DNA from: Escherichia coli
GTDB lineage: Bacteria > Pseudomonadota > Gammaproteobacteria > Enterobacterales > Enterobacteriaceae
Length of the DNA stretch: 64,000 bases
Strand: one strand, 5' to 3'
Assembly: GCF_030013205.1 (NCBI RefSeq)
Contig: NZ_CP122648.1
Numbering within the stretch: position 1 is the stretch's first letter; every line of letters starts with the position of its first letter. The position numbers and the translations under genes were made by a program. The notes beneath the pieces are model-generated. The model was not told the DNA's origin and did not search any database. It was given only the letters and a program-made list of their open reading frames with translations. Positions 21,444 to 32,147 of this stretch are shown piece by piece.

Positions 21444-22286
21444 TTAGCCCTTCACGCCACCGGCGGTCAAACCACTCTTAATAAAACGCTCCGAAAGCGC
21501 ATACATAATCACCACCGGCAATGCGGTCACCAGTGAGGCCGCCATCATCCGTCCCCAGATGTAATCAGGCGTACTGAACAGCGCGTTCAGGCCCACCGGT
21601 AAGGTGAAATTGCTGGCGCTGGAGAGGAAAATCGACGCAAACAGATAGTCGTTCCATGCCACCATAAAGCAGTAGACGAACACGGATATCAGCCCCGACA
21701 TCGCCAGGGGCACGGTGATACGGAAGATGATTTGCAGACGGTTGAGGCCATCCATCATCGCCGCTTCTTCGATCTCATCAGGGATGGTGTCGAAGTAGCT
21801 TTTCAGCATAAACACGGCGGTGGGCAGGGTTTGCGTCACCATGGTAATGATCAGCGCCATCTCGGTGTCGTAAATGCCCAGCGCGGTGATGATTTTGAAC
21901 AGCGGCACCACCAGCAAAATGCCAGAGAACATATACACCGTGTAAAAGCTGGCATTGATGGTCATCCGACCTTTAAAGCGCAGGCGGGAAAGCGCGTAAG
22001 CCCCAAGAATGCCGAGGAATACCGCCACCACGGATGAAACCACCGACACCACCAGACTGTTACGGAAGTAGTCGACAAACGGGAAAATCATCGGGTTAAA
22101 AATGTCGACGTAATGCTCCAGCGTCCACTGCTGCGGCAGCAGCGTAGGATGCAGTGAGATCGCCTCTTTCGCGCCCTTGAACGAGGTCATCAGCATCACA
22201 AAAAATGGAAACAGCGTGATGATGAGAAACAGCGCCAGCCCGCAGTAAAAACCGATGCGACTGAGTGTGCGTTTATTTGTTGCCAT
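21444..22286 (-). CDS. ycjP: ABC sugar transporter permease
   Basis: 280-aa multi-pass membrane ORF. Confidence 0.85.
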   Translation of the reverse strand: MATNKRTLSRIGFYCGLALFLIITLFPFFVMLMTSFKGAKEAISLHPTLLPQQWTLEHYVDIFNPMIFPFVDYFRNSLVVSVVSSVVAVFLGILGAYALSRLRFKGRMTINASFYTVYMFSGILLVVPLFKIITALGIYDTEMALIITMVTQTLPTAVFMLKSYFDTIPDEIEEAAMMDGLNRLQIIFRITVPLAMSGLISVFVYCFMVAWNDYLFASIFLSSASNFTLPVGLNALFSTPDYIWGRMMAASLVTALPVVIMYALSERFIKSGLTAGGVKG

Positions 22287-23154
22287 TGAGGTTCACCCGT
22301 TTCCTGGTCAGCAGAATGACAGCGAAAATAATGATGAAGAGCACCACCGAGATCGCCGCCGCTTTTCCTAAATCATTAAAGGCAAAGGCGGTTTTGTAGA
22401 GATATACACCGAGAATATCGACCTTGGTCGTCAGCAAATAAACATCCGCGAACATGTAGAACATCCAGATGGTGCGCAGGGTCACCACCGTCGCCAGGAC
22501 CGGCATAATCGCGGGCAGCGTGACGATGCGAAACCGTTGCCAGGCATTAGCGCCATCCATCTCTGCCGCTTCGTACAGCGATTTGTCGATGGTCTGCAAA
22601 ATCGCCAGAAACGAGATGAAGGCATACGGGAAGTAGCGCCAGATGGCGAACAGCACCACCAGCACAAAGCTACTGCCCGGATTATCGAACCACAGCGGCG
22701 CCTGCTCGTAGAGATGCAGAAGATCGACGCCGAGGTAGTTCACAATGCCGTAGCCGTTGTTGAACATGTATTTCCAGGCGAACACCAGCGAAATGGACGG
22801 CGTTACGTAGGAGAGGATCACCAGCGAACGCGCGGTTTTGCGCAGGCGGAACTCGCGGTTGAAAAACATCGCCACGGCCAGCCCGAGTACGGTGCTGCCC
22901 GCCACCACCAGCGCCGTATACCAGACCGTCATCCACAGCGAGTGCCAGAAGCCGGGATCGGAGAGAATGCGCACATAGTTACTCACCCCAACAAACGTTG
23001 ACTCGATGTTGGGATTGAGCGGCAGACGTAAAAAACTGATTTCGATATTCGACACCATCGGCCACGCCACCAGACCGCCCAGCAGTAATAAGCTGGGCGC
23101 GAGAAGCAACAGCGCAAAGGGCATATCGGAACGACCTGAAAAAAGCCTGTTCAT
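22273..23154 (-). CDS. ycjO: ABC sugar transporter permease
   Basis: 293-aa multi-pass membrane ORF; overlaps ycjP. Confidence 0.85.
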   Translation of the reverse strand: MNRLFSGRSDMPFALLLLAPSLLLLGGLVAWPMVSNIEISFLRLPLNPNIESTFVGVSNYVRILSDPGFWHSLWMTVWYTALVVAGSTVLGLAVAMFFNREFRLRKTARSLVILSYVTPSISLVFAWKYMFNNGYGIVNYLGVDLLHLYEQAPLWFDNPGSSFVLVVLFAIWRYFPYAFISFLAILQTIDKSLYEAAEMDGANAWQRFRIVTLPAIMPVLATVVTLRTIWMFYMFADVYLLTTKVDILGVYLYKTAFAFNDLGKAAAISVVLFIIIFAVILLTRKRVNLNGNK

Positions 23155-23174
23155 TGCGGATTCCTGTCCTGGGT

Positions 23175-24467
23175 TTAGTGCTGTTCAACCAACTCATCCA
23201 GCTTTTTCTGGCTCGTTTGCAGCGTGGTAGAGAGGTCGGCTTTACCCACGGTGACGTTATGCACCATGGAGCTCACCACGCCAGAACCCGTCACATCGCC
23301 CATGCGGGTAAAATTTTTATCCCCTACTGCGCCAAAGACCTGAATATTTGGCAGTTCGCTGATTAACTGATTTGGCAGCTCACCCAGCGCCTTAATAACG
23401 TCGTTGTCTTTCCAGGTGGCGGTAGTGACAACCGCTTTGTTCACCGGCAGCGCCGCGCCTGGCGACATCATCACCCAGTCGGCAATGTTGTCTGCCTGCT
23501 CCATAAAGGTGACAAATTTTTCAGCCGCTTCGGTCTCTTCAGTCTTTTGCCCGGCGGTAATGGTCAGCGAGGTCAACATGCCGTAGACCGCAGAGTTTTT
23601 CTCCGTTGGCACCACGAAACCGACGTTTTTCGGATCGCCTTCTTTAATCACAGCCGGAAGGATATAGGTGGAGTAAATCGCCATCGGCGCGGTGCCGTTC
23701 ATAAAGGCATCTTTCACTTCCATGATGTCGTTAGAACCCGGCATGGTGTTGGCGGCAAGGTCGCGGTAATAGGTCAGCGCCTGCATCATCTCTGGTGTAT
23801 CAAGGGTGATTTTGCCTTCGGCGTTAAAGACGTTGGCCTGGTTGGATAACGCAAACTGGGAGAAGGATTGTTCCGTCAGCACGCTTTCTGCCGTAGGCAG
23901 CGCAATACCGTATTTTTTATTCGCCGGGTCATTCAGTTTCTGTGCAACGTCCAGCAGCTGTTGCCAGTTTTTCGGCTCCTCCAGCCCCGCTTTTGCCAGC
24001 ACATCTTTGCGATACCAGATGCCGCCAATCCAGGCGCTGACCGGAACACCGGTCCAGGCGCTGCCATCTTCGGTGCGCACAATACGCAGTACGCCATCGT
24101 AGAACGCGCCTTCACCAACGTTGCTGATGACCGTGGCAACCGCTTTACGATCGATAAGCTGCTCTTTGTCCATAACTTTGGCGTAGTCATGGCTGGTTTC
24201 GATCACTTCCGGCAGCGAGCCGCTACGTGACAGGGTTATGACTTTGGTGTTATAGGCATCTTCTTCCACTGGCACTTGTTTAACGGTGATGCCCGGGTTT
24301 TCTTTTTCAAAACGGGCAATCAATTTACTGATAACGGCCTGACGCTCCTGCTCCACCGAAGAATGCATAAATTCGATGGATACATGGGTTTTATTTTCTT
24401 CTTTACAGCCTGAAATCAGGGCGCAGGAAACCAGTGCTGATAACAGCACGATTTTTGATTTAATCAT
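23175..24467 (-). CDS. ycjN: ABC transporter periplasmic sugar-binding lipoprotein
   Basis: 430-aa ORF with signal peptide and lipobox (LISGC). Confidence 0.85.
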   Translation of the reverse strand: MIKSKIVLLSALVSCALISGCKEENKTHVSIEFMHSSVEQERQAVISKLIARFEKENPGITVKQVPVEEDAYNTKVITLSRSGSLPEVIETSHDYAKVMDKEQLIDRKAVATVISNVGEGAFYDGVLRIVRTEDGSAWTGVPVSAWIGGIWYRKDVLAKAGLEEPKNWQQLLDVAQKLNDPANKKYGIALPTAESVLTEQSFSQFALSNQANVFNAEGKITLDTPEMMQALTYYRDLAANTMPGSNDIMEVKDAFMNGTAPMAIYSTYILPAVIKEGDPKNVGFVVPTEKNSAVYGMLTSLTITAGQKTEETEAAEKFVTFMEQADNIADWVMMSPGAALPVNKAVVTTATWKDNDVIKALGELPNQLISELPNIQVFGAVGDKNFTRMGDVTGSGVVSSMVHNVTVGKADLSTTLQTSQKKLDELVEQH

Positions 24468-24481
24468 GAGATGTTCCTTTT

Positions 24482-26161
24482 TTATTTAATCCACATAACC
24501 TGCCAGGGGCGCAGCGTTATTTCATTACCCAATATATCAACTTCACTAATCAGATCCCGACCGTGCAGATCAGTAATATTTATATGCTGAATATTTTCAC
24601 TGACATTAAACAATCCTGTCAGACAATTACCATCCGCGTTGTTTCTTTGAATACGCATTACGGATGAATTAACCGTATCGATGGTAAAATCATTATCCGG
24701 ATGAAACTCGTTATGACTGCAACGAAGTGTAATTAAACGCGACAACTGATGATATACCGCATGCCTTAATGTATCTTCATCGTTCAGTTCTCGGGTTATC
24801 TCTTCATTGTGATATTTTTTACGGTTAATCGCACGGTTATATCCCAGTTTTTCGACACCTGCGTAATCATTACGCGAGCCAAGAATACTTTGAATATATA
24901 TCGCTGGCACACCGGGGAAACTTAACAAAATCGCATGGGCAAGGATAAACCTGGCGCAACGTTCTACATCGCTACTCTCGCGGCGGCTTAACGCATCCAT
25001 ATAGGTGACATTTATTTCATAGGGACTGCGCGTACCGTCGGGATTATTTTTCCAGTTTACTAATGCACCTTCCTGCTGTAATGCCTCGACCAGCGCTAAT
25101 ATTTCGCTTTCGGGTAACAAGCCACGCAGTGGGTTCGGCCCGATGCCATCGTGAGAGGCGAGGAAGTTAAACCAGGTGGTGTTGCTGGAAGGTAGTGTCA
25201 GGTTTTGCGCCCACGCACAAAGCGCCTCAACGTTCTGTTTTTGCACCGCATGCAGCACCAGCGGCGGCAGCGAGAACTGGTACACCATATGTGCTTCGTC
25301 ATCGCCTTCGCCAAAGTAAGCAATGTTGTCTTTATGCGGAACATTGGTCTCGGTAATGATCACTGTGCCTGGCGCGACGTTATCAATAATCGACCGTAAC
25401 AGTTTGATAATCAGATGTGTTTTTTCCAGATGGATGCAGCTTGTTCCCGGCTCTTTCCATATAAAGCCAACGGCATCCAGACGGACGTATTCCGCGCCCT
25501 TTTCCAGATAACACAGCAATACATCCACCATCGCCAGCAACACTTCAGGGCTACGGTAATTGAGGTCAATTTGATCGTCGCTAAAGGTGGTCCATAAATG
25601 GCGCGTGGAATTATCATCCATTTGAAACGGTGTTAATAGCGGTAACGCACGCGGACGGGTGACGGCGCTGAGATCGGTTTGCGGATCAACCGCAATAAAA
25701 AAATCTTCAAAACCTGGATGCTGTTGTAAATAGTTTTTAAACCATTCACTTTTTGCCGACATATGGTTGCAGACAAAATCAAACATTAAATGACTGCATT
25801 CACCGAGTTGCTGAATATCCTGCCACTCCCCCGCTTCACTGGCGACCTGATGATAATCAATTACCGAAAACCCATCATCAGATGACCATGGATAAAAAGG
25901 TAATAAATGAACATGTGAAAAAATGCTTTGCAGCCATTGATGGTAAAACTGATTAAATGTGGGTAGTGGTTTTAAATCATTACTGTGAAATTGATCAGCA
26001 TAGGTAATTAACACGACATCACTTTCATCCCAGTGTTTTTTACGTCGCTGTGTAATTAATCGTTTCGCACTCTCAAGACGCGTTACAAGTTTCTGTAAAT
26101 GAGTTGCGGTAAATGTTCCACCGTAGATTTCGTCCAGGTAATCCGTAATTTTCTGTTTCAT
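24482..26161 (-). CDS. ycjM: GH13 sucrose-phosphorylase-family enzyme (glucosylglycerate phosphorylase)
   Basis: ORF 24482-26188; start placed at MKQKITDY (GGAAAGG 6 nt upstream) to give 559 aa. Confidence 0.85.
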   Translation of the reverse strand: MKQKITDYLDEIYGGTFTATHLQKLVTRLESAKRLITQRRKKHWDESDVVLITYADQFHSNDLKPLPTFNQFYHQWLQSIFSHVHLLPFYPWSSDDGFSVIDYHQVASEAGEWQDIQQLGECSHLMFDFVCNHMSAKSEWFKNYLQQHPGFEDFFIAVDPQTDLSAVTRPRALPLLTPFQMDDNSTRHLWTTFSDDQIDLNYRSPEVLLAMVDVLLCYLEKGAEYVRLDAVGFIWKEPGTSCIHLEKTHLIIKLLRSIIDNVAPGTVIITETNVPHKDNIAYFGEGDDEAHMVYQFSLPPLVLHAVQKQNVEALCAWAQNLTLPSSNTTWFNFLASHDGIGPNPLRGLLPESEILALVEALQQEGALVNWKNNPDGTRSPYEINVTYMDALSRRESSDVERCARFILAHAILLSFPGVPAIYIQSILGSRNDYAGVEKLGYNRAINRKKYHNEEITRELNDEDTLRHAVYHQLSRLITLRCSHNEFHPDNDFTIDTVNSSVMRIQRNNADGNCLTGLFNVSENIQHINITDLHGRDLISEVDILGNEITLRPWQVMWIK

Positions 26162-26171
26162 GTTGCCTTTC

Positions 26172-26188
26172 CGTGGTAGCGGTCCCAT
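26172..26188. promoter_or_regulatory. 17-bp exact repeat (minus strand ATGGGACCGCTACCACG) 11-27 nt upstream of the ycjM start; candidate YcjW operator
   Basis: Identical to 16243-16259. Sits at the head of the ycjM operon, overlapping the ribosome-binding region. Confidence 0.35.
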
Positions 26189-26329
26189 GAAACGAGAGAC
26201 TACTCCGCAGAAAATAAACTGTCAATTGAGCACAAGGGTTTTAGTCACGCAGGAAATCATTTTTTACCAGGGAAAAAGCGTATTTGTGAGCTGACGCAAA
26301 TAATCTATGGGGATGTAAATAAGGTGTGA

Positions 26330-26362
26330 CAGAAAAAGTAAACGGCGCATAAGCGCCGCTTA
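26330..26362 (-). terminator. Intrinsic terminator downstream of pspE (GC stem CGGCGC/GCGCCG then U-tract)
   Basis: On the minus strand the hairpin is followed by TTTACTTTTT, 13 nt after the pspE stop. Confidence 0.6.
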
Positions 26363-26374
26363 GGGTGGATTCTT

Positions 26375-26689
26375 TTAACCTTTGACCTTCGGCATTGCGA
26401 TGTCTTTCAGGCCACCGGCGTTCTCAACGTGGGTATATCCCATCTCGCTAAGGATCTCTTTTGCCTGCCCTGACTGGCGTCCGGCATTGCAATACACTTT
26501 CACGGTGTCGTTTTTATCCGGAACGGCGGTGGCAATGCGCTCTTTTACTTCCTTCAGGGGAATATTGATGGCCCCCTGAACGTGCTCTTGCTGATACTGC
26601 TCTGGAACACGAACATCGATCCAGTGTTCAGCGGCGAAAACGGGCAGTGAAAACACCAGTGTCAGAGCAAGTAAGCCTTTTTTAAACAT
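26375..26689 (-). CDS. pspE: Periplasmic rhodanese (thiosulfate sulfurtransferase)
   Basis: 104-aa ORF with signal peptide and rhodanese active-site Cys. Confidence 0.9.
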   Translation of the reverse strand: MFKKGLLALTLVFSLPVFAAEHWIDVRVPEQYQQEHVQGAINIPLKEVKERIATAVPDKNDTVKVYCNAGRQSGQAKEILSEMGYTHVENAGGLKDIAMPKVKG

Positions 26690-26763
26690 GTAAGCGTCCT
26701 TCTATGGATGAAAATTGCCATCCATAATATGCCTTAGCTTTAACAATTTTTGCGAAACTCCCC

Positions 26764-26985
26764 TCACCTTTTATAACGCTGCGCCAGTTTATTGGCAGCC
26801 CGACTTAACAGCGGTTCCAGCGCCACGGCCAGCAACATTTTCAGTGGTCGGCGAGCAACTGATTTTATCGCCCAGCCAGCTACACCCGCCGGGCCATAGC
26901 GCAGTGCGGTAAGAAGTACCAGCTTGCCTGCTAATTTGAAACCAGGCTTCACCTTTTGCCCGGCCTGTTGCCAGCGAGTATTCAT
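26764..26985 (-). CDS. pspD: Phage shock protein D
   Basis: ORF 26764-26997; start placed at MNTRWQQ to give 73 aa. Confidence 0.8.
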
Positions 26986-26993
26986 AACTTTCC

Positions 26994-27353
26994 TCACAGT
27001 TGACGGAAACGGCTACGTAACGTGAAAGTATCGGAAGTGACATAACGTTCCATCTCGCGTAAACGCGTTTCACTTGCCGCCAGTTCACGGTCGACTTCAT
27101 CCAGCAATTCACTGCTGGAAGGTAGCTGCTCACCAAAGGCCATGTTGTCCGGCATTGGATCAAGCGCAAATGACAAAATGATGTAAGCAACCAGGGTAAA
27201 CAGCGCCAGACCGAAGAAAATCGACAGCACCACCAGGATACGCACCAGTTTTACCGGTACATCAAAATAGTTGGCAATCCCGGCGCAAACGCCGCGTACC
27301 ATGCCCTGCTGCGGAATACGCCATAATTTTTTATTGAGATTAATGCCCGCCAT
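26994..27353 (-). CDS. pspC: Phage shock protein C
   Basis: 119-aa ORF; recognised by sequence recall. Confidence 0.9.
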
Positions 27354-27577
27354 TAGCGATCCCTCCAGTTCGGATGTTCTGCATCAAGAATAGATTCCAG
27401 CGCCTGAATACGTTCGCGCATCCGTTTTGCTTCATCAGCCAGTTGCGCTAATCGCTGCTGCTCACTTTGCGACAATTCACTGCGACCAGAACGATTGCTG
27501 TAATGCAGCCATAACCAGATCGGTAAAACAAACAGCACAAAAATGGTTAACGGAATAGCCAGAAATAGCGCGCTCAT
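27353..27577 (-). CDS. pspB: Phage shock protein B
   Basis: 74-aa ORF; recognised by sequence recall. Confidence 0.9.
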   Translation of the reverse strand: MSALFLAIPLTIFVLFVLPIWLWLHYSNRSGRSELSQSEQQRLAQLADEAKRMRERIQALESILDAEHPNWRDR

Positions 27578-27630
27578 AAGGACTCCTTAGACGATGAGCG
27601 GCGGCGCGTTCGGACGCCGCCTGGATGTTA

Positions 27631-28371
<741 letters not shown>

Positions 28372-28465
28372 TTATCTTTTTGATTTATAAAGATCTGATT
28401 GAAGAATCAACAGCAACATGCCAGGATGAGTTAGCGAATTACACTAACAAGTGGCGAATTTCATC

Positions 28466-29443
28466 ATGGCAGAATACAAAGATAATTTACTCGGTGAGGC
28501 GAACAGCTTTCTCGAAGTGCTGGAACAGGTTTCGCATCTCGCACCGCTGGACAAACCGGTGCTCATCATCGGCGAGCGCGGCACAGGTAAAGAGCTGATT
28601 GCCAGCCGTCTGCATTATCTCTCCTCCCGTTGGCAAGGGCCGTTTATTTCCCTTAACTGTGCGGCGTTAAATGAAAATCTGCTGGATTCCGAACTGTTTG
28701 GTCACGAAGCGGGCGCGTTTACCGGTGCGCAAAAACGTCATCCAGGGAGATTTGAACGTGCCGACGGCGGTACGCTATTTCTTGATGAACTCGCTACGGC
28801 ACCGATGATGGTGCAGGAGAAATTATTGCGCGTGATTGAGTACGGTGAACTGGAGCGCGTTGGCGGCAGCCAGCCATTGCAGGTGAATGTGCGGTTGGTA
28901 TGCGCGACGAATGCCGATCTCCCGGCGATGGTCAATGAAGGTACTTTTCGCGCTGACCTGCTCGACCGGCTGGCTTTCGATGTAGTGCAACTGCCGCCCC
29001 TGCGCGAGCGCGAAAGCGACATTATGCTGATGGCAGAACACTTTGCCATTCAGATGTGTCGGGAAATCAAGCTGCCTCTGTTCCCGGGTTTTACGGAGCG
29101 CGCCAGAGAAACATTGCTGAATTATCGCTGGCCGGGAAATATTCGTGAATTGAAAAACGTGGTGGAACGTTCGGTGTATCGCCACGGCACCAGCGATTAT
29201 CCGCTTGATGACATTATTATTGATCCCTTTAAACGGCGTCCGCCTGAAGACGCTATCGCCGTTTCAGAAACCACCTCGCTTCCAACACTGCCGCTGGATT
29301 TACGTGAGTTTCAGATGCAGCAGGAAAAAGAGTTGCTGCAACTCAGTTTGCAACAAGGGAAATATAACCAGAAGCGCGCAGCTGAATTGCTGGGGTTAAC
29401 CTATCATCAGTTCCGCGCGTTGTTGAAAAAGCACCAGATTTAG
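28466..29443 (+). CDS. pspF: Sigma54-dependent activator PspF (AAA+ enhancer-binding protein lacking a regulatory domain)
   Basis: ORF 28451-29443; start placed at MAEYKDNLL to give 325 aa; contains the GAFTGA motif. Confidence 0.9.
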   Translation: MAEYKDNLLGEANSFLEVLEQVSHLAPLDKPVLIIGERGTGKELIASRLHYLSSRWQGPFISLNCAALNENLLDSELFGHEAGAFTGAQKRHPGRFERADGGTLFLDELATAPMMVQEKLLRVIEYGELERVGGSQPLQVNVRLVCATNADLPAMVNEGTFRADLLDRLAFDVVQLPPLRERESDIMLMAEHFAIQMCREIKLPLFPGFTERARETLLNYRWPGNIRELKNVVERSVYRHGTSDYPLDDIIIDPFKRRPPEDAIAVSETTSLPTLPLDLREFQMQQEKELLQLSLQQGKYNQKRAAELLGLTYHQFRALLKKHQI

Positions 29444-29464
29444 CGAAGTTGGGCAATACAACTT

Positions 29465-29545
29465 GCCGGATGCGGCGTGAATGCTTTATCCGGCATACAT
29501 AATCAATACGTCGTTTGCAGGCCTGATAAGCGCAGCGCATCAGAC
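29465..29545. repeat. Two adjacent REP elements (BIME-like) between convergent pspF and puuE
   Basis: GCCGGATGCGGCGTGAATGCTTTATCCGGC followed by GCCTGATAAGCGCAGCGCATCAGAC. Confidence 0.6.
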
Positions 29546-29562
29546 ATTATTGCGTTGGGCTA

Positions 29563-30828
29563 TTAATCGTTCAGCGCATCCTGCAATATTTTCATTGCCG
29601 CATCGAATTGCGCATCCGGGATGGTCAGCGGATACAGGAAACGAATCACGTTGCCGTATGCGCCACAGGTCAGCAGAAGCAGCCCCTGCGCCAGCGCGCG
29701 TTGCTGGATTTTCTGTGCAATCGCCGCTGACGGCTCGCCCGTTTGCGGATCGTTAAACTCTGCCGCAATCATAGACCCCAGACCGCGTACCGCCGCGATG
29801 GCCGGAACGCTTTCTTTGGCATCAATCAACGTGTTTGTCAGGCGCTGGCCCAGTTGATTCGCGCGTTCACAGAGTGATTCTTTGTCGATAATGTTGAGCA
29901 CAGCGTGCGCGGCAGCCACCGCCAGCGGGTTCCCGGCGTAAGTACCACCCAACCCGCCCGGCGCGGGCGCGTCCATAATATTCGCGTTACCGACCACGCC
30001 CGAAAGCGGCATGCCGCCTGCGAGGCTTTTCGCCATCGTCATTAAGTCCGGCTTATCGGCGTAGTGATCCATGGCAAACAGTTTACCGGTACGCGCAAAG
30101 CCGCTTTGCACTTCATCGGCAATCATCACAATGCCGTGCTCGTCGCACAGGCGGCGAATGGCGGCAACCAGCTCTTTTGGTGCAACGTTGAAACCGCCTT
30201 CGCCCTGCACCGGTTCGAAAATAATCGCCGCCACCTGCTTCGCTTCAATGTCCGATTTAAACAAGCGTTCGATGGCGTCGAGAGAGTCCTGCGTTGAAAC
30301 GCCATGTAAATCTGACGGATAAGGTACGTGATATACCGAACCGGGGAACGGGCCGAAGCCGATTTTGTACGGCGCGACCTTTCCGGTCAGCGCCATGGTC
30401 ATATATGTACGACCGTGGAAGCCGCCGCTAAACGCAATCACGCCAGGGCGTCCGGTATGGGCGCGGGCGATTTTCACCGCGTTCTCCACCGCTTCCGCAC
30501 CGGTGGTGAAGAACGCAGTTTTAGCCTGCCCGCTCACCGGGGCAAGGGCGTTGATTTTCTCCGCCAGGGTGACGTAGCTTTCGTACGGCACAATCTGATA
30601 CGCCGTGTGGGTAAACTGTTGCAATTGCTGCTCCACCGCCGCGACCAGATCAGGGTGGCGATGCCCGGTATTCAGCACCGCAATGCCTGCGGCGAAATCG
30701 ATGTATTCGTTGCCCTCTACGTCCTTCAGCGTAGCGTTTTCTGCCGACTGGGCGAAGAAGTTACACATCACGCCAACCCCGCGTGGGGTAGCAGAAAGAC
30801 GACGCTGATGGAATTCATTGTTGCTCAT
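29563..30828 (-). CDS. puuE: 4-aminobutyrate aminotransferase (PLP-dependent)
   Basis: 421-aa ORF; recognised by sequence recall. Confidence 0.9.
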   Translation of the reverse strand: MSNNEFHQRRLSATPRGVGVMCNFFAQSAENATLKDVEGNEYIDFAAGIAVLNTGHRHPDLVAAVEQQLQQFTHTAYQIVPYESYVTLAEKINALAPVSGQAKTAFFTTGAEAVENAVKIARAHTGRPGVIAFSGGFHGRTYMTMALTGKVAPYKIGFGPFPGSVYHVPYPSDLHGVSTQDSLDAIERLFKSDIEAKQVAAIIFEPVQGEGGFNVAPKELVAAIRRLCDEHGIVMIADEVQSGFARTGKLFAMDHYADKPDLMTMAKSLAGGMPLSGVVGNANIMDAPAPGGLGGTYAGNPLAVAAAHAVLNIIDKESLCERANQLGQRLTNTLIDAKESVPAIAAVRGLGSMIAAEFNDPQTGEPSAAIAQKIQQRALAQGLLLLTCGAYGNVIRFLYPLTIPDAQFDAAMKILQDALND

Positions 30829-30865
30829 GTTTCACACCTTTTGACTCTTCACTGTTAATCGGAAA

Positions 30866-32146
30866 TTAAACGCCCAGACGATCGCGCAGGCTGTAATAAG
30901 CCGCGCCCATCGCGGTAAACGGAACGCGCAGCGTGCGCCCGCCGGGGAACGGGTAATGCGGCAGATTGGCGAAGGCGTCGAAACGCTCGGCGTCACCGCG
31001 CAGCAGTTCAGCAATCAAACGCCCGGCGAGGTGGGTACAGGTGACGCCGTGGCCGCTGTAGCCCTGCATGTAATAGATGTTGGTATCGAGGCGACCGAAC
31101 TGCGGCATCCGTGAAAGGGTCAGCAGGAAGTTGCCCGTCCAGCGATAGTCGATTTTGACGCCCTTCAGCTGCGGGAAGGTTTTCAGCAGTTTCGGCACCA
31201 CAAGACGCTCAACGTCATCCGGGTCTCGCGCGCCGTAGACCACGCCGCCGCCGTACAACAGGCGGTTATCGGCGGTAAGACGGTAGTAATCAAGCAGATA
31301 GTTACAGTCTTCCACGCAGTAGTTTTTCGGGATCAGCGAACGGGCTAAATCTTCCGACAGCCGCTCGGTGGTGATCACCTGCGTGCCGCACGGCATGCTG
31401 CGTTTCGCTAGTTCCGGCTCTACTTTATCGCCCAGATACGCATTCCCGGCGACAATCACATACTTCGCCGTCACCTGACCATTGGCAGTCCGCACCACGG
31501 CTGGCGTGGTGTGCTGGATCTGCGTCACGGCGGAAAGCTCATACACGCGCCCTCCGTTCAGGCGGATGGCATCGGCTTCACCAATGGCGAGGTTTAGCGG
31601 GTGAATATGCCCACCGCTGTGATCCAGAAGCGCACCAGTGTAGCGATCGCTGGCGACCTCGCGGCGAATAGCGTTGGCGTCCAGCAGCTCCAGCTGTTTA
31701 TTGCCGTAGCGTTCCCAGTTCTCTTTCTGCTCTTCGAGTGTGGCGAGCTGTTTATCATTCATCGCCACAAACAGGCCGCCGGGGCGGTAGTCGCAGTCAA
31801 TCTGATAACGTTTGATACGTTCGCGGATGATCTCTCCGCCTTCAAACATCATGCTGCCGAGCATACGGGCGGTGTCCATGCCGTAGCTTTTTTCGATCAC
31901 GTCGATGTCGCGGCTGTAGGAGTTCACAAGCTGCCCGCCATTGCGTCCGCTTGCGCCGAAGCCGATGCGTGAGGCTTCGAGAACCACTACATCAAAGCCC
32001 GCTTCCGCCAGATGCAGCGCGGAGGAAAGTCCGGTATAGCCGCCACCGACCACGCAAACGTCGCAGGAAATCGACTCATTCAGCGTGTCGAATGGCGCGT
32101 ATTTATTCGCACTGGCGGCGTAGTAACTGCTGGTATGTTCGGTCAT
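30866..32146 (-). CDS. puuB: Gamma-glutamylputrescine oxidase (FAD-dependent)
   Basis: 426-aa ORF with FAD-binding motif (VVGGGYTG). Confidence 0.9.
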   Translation of the reverse strand: MTEHTSSYYAASANKYAPFDTLNESISCDVCVVGGGYTGLSSALHLAEAGFDVVVLEASRIGFGASGRNGGQLVNSYSRDIDVIEKSYGMDTARMLGSMMFEGGEIIRERIKRYQIDCDYRPGGLFVAMNDKQLATLEEQKENWERYGNKQLELLDANAIRREVASDRYTGALLDHSGGHIHPLNLAIGEADAIRLNGGRVYELSAVTQIQHTTPAVVRTANGQVTAKYVIVAGNAYLGDKVEPELAKRSMPCGTQVITTERLSEDLARSLIPKNYCVEDCNYLLDYYRLTADNRLLYGGGVVYGARDPDDVERLVVPKLLKTFPQLKGVKIDYRWTGNFLLTLSRMPQFGRLDTNIYYMQGYSGHGVTCTHLAGRLIAELLRGDAERFDAFANLPHYPFPGGRTLRVPFTAMGAAYYSLRDRLGV

Positions 32147-32147
32147 T

